From the NCBI GenBank assembly GCA_000991645.1, contig LBRX01000005.1, positions 1 to 55,802 on the forward strand: a stretch of 55,802 nucleotides of DNA, given 5' to 3'. Under the pieces are notes generated by a model, which saw only the letters and a program-made list of their open reading frames with translations, did no database searches and was not told the origin of the DNA. Positions 49,105 to 55,802 of the stretch are shown piece by piece (within the stretch, counting starts at the first letter, position 1; every line of letters begins with the position of its first letter). Origin of the DNA: Candidatus Moranbacteria bacterium GW2011_GWE2_36_40 (GTDB lineage Bacteria > Patescibacteriota > Minisyncoccia > Moranbacterales > GWC2-37-73). The position numbers and the translations under genes are program-made.

Positions 49105-51413
49105 TCCTGCTGATCCGTTTGGTGCAGCCCAGAAGAAGTTTGCTGTGCTTGATGAAAATGCTGGAGCATATGATGAAGATGCGCGGCGATGTTTAAAGTG
49201 TTTGTGCCGTTGGCTGTGATGGTAAGGCCGTTATATGTTTTTCCGGTAAGCGCTGAGGCAATTTTATTGTCCGCTATCGCAGTTGCATTCCAAGTTCCAG
49301 TTGCAATTGTTCCAAGCGTTGTGATGTTTGTTGAACCTGTCCAAGTTGAAAGCGCAGTGTCTTCAACACTACCAAGTCCGATATCATTTTTTGTTAATGT
49401 TATCCAAGCAAGATCTGCTCCGACACCATTTGATTTCAAAAGTTGTCCAGAAGTTCCGGGTCCGAGTAATGACCAAGTTGGAGTAGCTCCTTGACCAGCA
49501 ATTATAGCTCCTTGAACCACTGTATTTGCAGTCGTATCTGAATGTGAAGTTGAAAGAAATGGATGAGCGCTTCCTGAAACAGAACCCCAGGTTGGAACTC
49601 CACCAACAATTGTCAACGCTTGACCATCAGATCCAATTGAGCGACGTGAAAAAGTATTTCCACTGGAATAATATAACATGTCACCAGCACTGTATGTTGA
49701 AAGTCCGGTGCCACCATTGGCAATTGTCAATGGCGAAGAAAGAGTAAGTGAGGCAAAAGTAGCATCAGCTGTAGTTGAAATATTTTGAGGCAAAGAAATT
49801 GTGACGACACCAGTATTTGCTGAAACTGTTATTTGATTTGCTGTTCCATTAAGTTGCGTTACTCCAGCATTTGCAATGCTAACTGTTCCTGGTCCATTAG
49901 TAACGGAAATTCCAGTGCTGCCACTCAATGTTGCCAGAGAATAATCTGTTCCATTTCCGATTAATAATTGTCCACTGGCAGGCGCAGCAGAAAGTCCAGT
50001 TCCACCTTTTGCAATTCCCAAAACAGCAAGTTCTGTCAAAGTGTTTCCTGCTCCCCAGATTGCCAAATTATTTTGCGTTCCACTTCCTGTCACTCCTCCT
50101 GCACCCAAAACTGAAACCCAACTTGGCAAATGTGTGATCGGATCAATCATCAAAACTTTACTGTCAGCACCAACATTAGAAAGTTTGCTAAGCGTGTTTG
50201 CTGCACTTGAATAAAGCAAATCTCCAGCAGCATAAGTATTTATCCCTGTTCCACCGCGCACAGCACTTATTGTTCCGCCATTCCAAACGCTGGCAGCATT
50301 TGAAAAATTCCAAGCTCCTGTAATAATTTCATTTTGATTTTTTCTTGCAATACCAGAAGTCGCATAATCAATCCCTATTGTTGCAATATTGCTGGCCAAA
50401 CTAAAAGAAAAATCACTATTAAAATTAATTTCACTAATTGAATCTTCGCCATTAACTGTAATAACAGCCATTGATGCTCCAACAAAATTTGAACATTTCC
50501 AAACTTTAGCGCCAGAATCCCAGCTCAAAACCTGACTATTGGCACAACCTTGAAGCAACGACAACTGATTACTATTAACTCCCGCAAATTCAAGTCCTGA
50601 ATATGACTGAGTATTTCCAGTAGTTCCATCCAATGCATCCAAGAGATTTATTCCCAAAGTCAAATCCAGACCTTCGCCACCAGCATTTCCACCCAAAATT
50701 CCATTACCACCAGAAATTGAAGCAACGTAATCCCCTGTCGTGTTCGATCCCAAAGCAATCAAATTTGAAAGTGATGTTTTTCCTGTTCCGCCATATTTAA
50801 CATCAAGAATTCCTGAATTTATTTCTGAAGCATCTGATTTTTTCAAGCGAGAATCATTTCCCAAAACCAGTTGCTTTGACCCTGTTCCTGTTGGAAGCAT
50901 GTCTATGTCAATTTTTCCTTTCACATCAAGCTGTGGAATGTTTCCATTTCCAGTTCCTAGTGTTGCGCCTTCAAGCATGGCTGAATCCAAAGCAAATGGG
51001 GCAGCTCCAAGTTTTTTGCGAGGAACAAATTCACTGTCAGTATTTATTCTTATTCCAAGATAATATTCTGTGCTTGAAAAATTAAGATCGGTCGGAACTG
51101 GCGTTGATGCTCCAAGATAGGCGCTCAAAACTCCATCGCGAATGTACACTTTTTGAGTTTCCTGCCAAACACGCTGCGATGCGTCACTGTTGGATGGATA
51201 CGCATCAACATTTTTTCGATCATTTCGATACAAAGCAAAACGAATTTCATATTCGCCATTTGGCAAGGCTTCATTCTTGCTGTTTGCAACAAATGCTGAG
51301 ACATTGATTTGCGGCAAAACTTGAGCATGCGAAAACTCAACACCAAGAATCAACAACATTGAAGCAATGAAGGTAGTTGAGGCTATTAAAATTTTATTTT
51401 TGTTACTTATCAT
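49092..51413 (-). CDS. N-terminal part of the same adhesin (signal peptide and conserved N-domain)
   Basis: Signal peptide; YEIRFALY...VWQETQ...YLGIRINTDSEFVPRKKLGAAPFAL; GGTG repeats; frameshift at ~49185. Confidence 0.7.
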   Translation of the reverse strand: MISNKNKILIASTTFIASMLLILGVEFSHAQVLPQINVSAFVANSKNEALPNGEYEIRFALYRNDRKNVDAYPSNSDASQRVWQETQKVYIRDGVLSAYLGASTPVPTDLNFSSTEYYLGIRINTDSEFVPRKKLGAAPFALDSAMLEGATLGTGNGNIPQLDVKGKIDIDMLPTGTGSKQLVLGNDSRLKKSDASEINSGILDVKYGGTGKTSLSNLIALGSNTTGDYVASISGGNGILGGNAGGEGLDLTLGINLLDALDGTTGNTQSYSGLEFAGVNSNQLSLLQGCANSQVLSWDSGAKVWKCSNFVGASMAVITVNGEDSISEINFNSDFSFSLASNIATIGIDYATSGIARKNQNEIITGAWNFSNAASVWNGGTISAVRGGTGINTYAAGDLLYSSAANTLSKLSNVGADSKVLMIDPITHLPSWVSVLGAGGVTGSGTQNNLAIWGAGNTLTELAVLGIAKGGTGLSAAPASGQLLIGNGTDYSLATLSGSTGISVTNGPGTVSIANAGVTQLNGTANQITVSANTGVVTISLPQNISTTADATFASLTLSSPLTIANGGTGLSTYSAGDMLYYSSGNTFSRRSIGSDGQALTIVGGVPTWGSVSGSAHPFLSTSHSDTTANTVVQGAIIAGQGATPTWSLLGPGTSGQLLKSNGVGADLAWITLTKNDIGLGSVEDTALSTWTGSTNITTLGTIATGTWNATAIADNKIASALTGKTYNGLTITANGTNTLNIAAHLHHMLQHFHQAQQTSSGLHQTDQQECQP

Positions 51414-51492
51414 TGTCGCAAAAATGAAACACCCCTTTTATTTTAAATCTTTTTCCAAACCAATTTCACAAACTTTATAACTTTCAACTTTT

Positions 51493-52338
51493 TTACTTTT
51501 TCATTGCCCATCCAAAAATATCTCCGAACTGTGCAGCAATCAATTCAAAAACAGAAACCGGTTTGGCTCCAGTAAACACAGCAAGCACATTAGAGCTAGA
51601 AATATTTCCTGAACGATCAACCACCTTAACAGAAAAAAGATATCTTGCTGACTGCTCAAGACTATTGAGGATGAGCGCATGTGAAAATCCATATCCATCT
51701 TCTTTGATGCTTCTCTCTGATCCATTTCCATCTTTGGAATATTTAACTTCGGATTTTGCCAACTTGTTTGTTTTCCAAGAAAGCAACAGCTGAGTTTTTT
51801 TCCCATCTTTGCTCATCAACATTTCACTGTGCACATCAGAAACTTCCAATGGCAAATTTTCACTGACAGCTTCCAAGACAATATTCCCAGTTCCAATTGC
51901 AATTTCTCGTATTTGATAATTTTCACTTTTTCCATCCAATCCTTTTTCCTCGCCACTAATATTAATATTTTCAGAAATAGCAGGAGAATTTTGACTTTCC
52001 TTTTCAATTGCTGGAGTGGTTACTTTTGGATCATTCAAAAAAGCATGATCTTGATTTTCAGGAATCTCAATTTGCGCTTGTTCTGCTTGCATGTTTTTCT
52101 CTTGAGAATTTTTATTTTTAAAAAATACTATTATCAAAGCTCCGAATGTCGCCAACAAAACAAGCATTATTCCGGCTATTTTCAAACCTTTTCGACGAAA
52201 ATCTTTCTTTTTTTGCAACTTCTGAAATTCCAACTCAACCCGATTTTCCTCAGCCCGAAAACGATTACTTCTGTCTCCTGAAGCAACCTCAAAATTCTCA
52301 GTTTTTTCTGATTGATTTTCCACCTTTTCCTTTTCCAA
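51493..52338 (-). CDS. Single-TM protein with C-terminal FN3-like domain
   Basis: TM helix; LSWKTNKLAKSEVKY...HALILNSLEQSARYLFSVKVVDRSGN. Confidence 0.7.
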   Translation of the reverse strand: MEKEKVENQSEKTENFEVASGDRSNRFRAEENRVELEFQKLQKKKDFRRKGLKIAGIMLVLLATFGALIIVFFKNKNSQEKNMQAEQAQIEIPENQDHAFLNDPKVTTPAIEKESQNSPAISENINISGEEKGLDGKSENYQIREIAIGTGNIVLEAVSENLPLEVSDVHSEMLMSKDGKKTQLLLSWKTNKLAKSEVKYSKDGNGSERSIKEDGYGFSHALILNSLEQSARYLFSVKVVDRSGNISSSNVLAVFTGAKPVSVFELIAAQFGDIFGWAMKK

Positions 52339-52470
52339 TTTTTTGTTTTATTAAAGGAAAAAATCCCACAAATTACCTGTACAAATTATACCTTTTTTTT
52401 CACTTTTAGACAACAAAATATCAAGTCAAATTTTGGCTTAAATCAAGCAAAACTATTCCAAACAAAAAAG

Positions 52471-52479
52471 TTATCCACA
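52471..52479 (+). promoter_or_regulatory. Single consensus DnaA box
   Basis: TTATCCACA in the intergenic region downstream of gyrB. Confidence 0.35.
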
Positions 52480-52559
52480 GCTTATTTTGCATAATAAAAA
52501 ATCCCGACAAAATGCCGAGATTTTTTGAGATTTTTCAGATACTATTTTTGTTTTTTATC

Positions 52560-52695
52560 TGACCCTCTCAACCTCTCTGTCCTACGGACATCTCTCCTCA
52601 TCTGAGGAGAGAAAAATATTAAAGAAATCCACACCCTCTCTGTTCTGACTACAGGACATCTCTCCCAAAGGGAGAGAACGATATTGAAGAAAGTT
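52560..52695. repeat. Two tandem degenerate hairpin units (CTCTCTGT..GGACATCTCTCC..GGAGAGAA) after gyrB
   Basis: Two ~60-bp related units, each with a TCTCTCC/GGAGAGA stem. Confidence 0.6.
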
Positions 52696-52696
52696 T

Positions 52697-54826
<2,130 letters not shown>

Positions 54827-54954
54827 TCACTTAGCGTTTTTATAAATTTTTAATTTCCAATTTTTAATTTTTAAATAAATCTTAATGTCTTAATTTTTTA
54901 AACATTAAAAATTCAAACATTATTTATAAAATTAAAAATTACAAAATTATTTTA

Positions 54955-55329
54955 TTATCTTCTCGTCAAAAAATACAATTCAACAAGAAATATTCCAGCC
55001 ACTGCTAATGCTCCGTCCCACCAAGTCAACAAGCGATTTTGCTGCAAAAAAAGCAACGCCACCACGAGCACCGACATCAAAACACCTTGACGGAAACTCA
55101 TTCCAATATATGCAAGTGCTGTTTTTTCATCCCCGCCAATTGATCTTCTGAGCCAAGTAAAAAAAAGAACAAACACTCCAGCCAACAATAAAAATGTTGC
55201 TACAAAAAAAATAGCCTGCCCAATGGCCCCGGTTTTTTCAGGATCAACTTGTTTTATAACAAGAATCCATGCTGCCAACATGGCAATAACTCCAGTTCTA
55301 ATTATCCAAAGATAAGATCTGAGTGTCAT
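54955..55329 (-). CDS. Small multi-TM membrane protein
   Basis: Hydrophobic helices and SFRQG motif; start re-assigned to MTLRSY. Confidence 0.7.
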   Translation of the reverse strand: MTLRSYLWIIRTGVIAMLAAWILVIKQVDPEKTGAIGQAIFFVATFLLLAGVFVLFFTWLRRSIGGDEKTALAYIGMSFRQGVLMSVLVVALLFLQQNRLLTWWDGALAVAGIFLVELYFLTRR

Positions 55330-55438
55330 ATTTTTTGTTTGTTTTTTCAATTTTCCTACTAACAAAGTATACATCATTCAAAACCTTTCCGCAAGGCTTT
55401 GTCAGTTATCTTTTGCTTCAAACAAGGCTTTGAAAATA

Positions 55439-55470
55439 CAAATACAGCACCCGAATGGATGCTGTATTTG
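55439..55470 (-). terminator. Hairpin downstream of the tRNA pair, probable intrinsic terminator
   Basis: CAAATACAGCA / TGCTGTATTTG 11-bp stem followed by a T-rich run on the minus strand. Confidence 0.65.
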
Positions 55471-55478
55471 TTTTAATG

Positions 55479-55552
55479 CGGGGCCGATGGGACTCGAACC
55501 CACGACCTATTGCGTGACAGGCAATCGCTCTAACCAGCTGAGCTACGACCCC
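55479..55552 (-). tRNA. tRNA-Asp (GTC)
   Basis: GGGGTCGTAGCTCAGCTGGTTAGAGCG-ATTGC-CTGTCAC-GCAAT-AGGTCGTGGGTTCGAGTCCCATCGGCCCCG cloverleaf. Confidence 0.95.
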
Positions 55553-55679
55553 ATTATTTAGAAAAAATTTCTAATTTCTAATTTCTAATTTCTAAACAAA
55601 TTCCAATGACTCAATTTCTAAATTGAAAAATTGAAAATTAAATGAAAATTGTGAATTGAAAATTGAAAATTAATCTTTG

Positions 55680-55753
55680 TAGCAGGGGTGGGACTCGGAC
55701 CCACGACCCCAGCCTTATGAAGGCTGTGCTCTAACCAGCTGAGCTACCCTGCC
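55680..55753 (-). tRNA. tRNA with CAT anticodon (elongator Met or Ile2)
   Basis: GGCAGGGTAGCTCAGCTGGTTAGAGCA-CAGCC-TTCATAA-GGCTG-GGGTCGTGGGTCCGAGTCCCACCCCTGCTA; paired first base argues against initiator. Confidence 0.9.
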
Positions 55754-55802
55754 AATCAAACAAACAACTTACAACTAACCACAAACAACTGTGAGTTTTT
55801 GT

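Noticed and set aside
43467..51413. Prophage inferred from tail-fibre-like repeats
   Set aside because: The protein has a signal peptide and there are no capsid, terminase, portal or integrase genes
52340..52696. Replication origin
   Set aside because: Only one clear DnaA box and no dnaA/dnaN in the window

Overview
AT-rich bacterial window with every credible gene on the minus strand. The gene content suggests a Patescibacteria/CPR (Parcubacteria-like) genome; this is inference. The right end is core: two tRNAs and gyrB. The rest is a cell-surface/defence accessory region with a ~8 kb tail-fibre-like adhesin split by frameshifts, two paralogous beta-helix-repeat/LamG giant proteins, cohesin/dockerin/FN3 proteins, six AAA_14/DUF4143 ATPases, an AbiE toxin-antitoxin pair, RhuM-Fic, an AlbA_2 protein, a REP-associated tyrosine transposase (RAYT) and three palindrome families. 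Two structures stand out. (1) A complete diversity-generating retroelement (target with VR, RT, TR, avd) whose template repeat is split by a 296-bp element encoding only a GIY-YIG nuclease, with perfect 17-bp terminal inverted repeats and an 8-bp target duplication. (2) An integrase-less cassette array in which the defence-type genes are separated by orphan copies of the 3' ends of surface-protein genes (six LamG '...DEVRIYNRALS...RK*' ends and five '...APSGLSVM*' tails) interleaved with palindromes. Several small frame-breaking deletions could be real decay or assembly errors.
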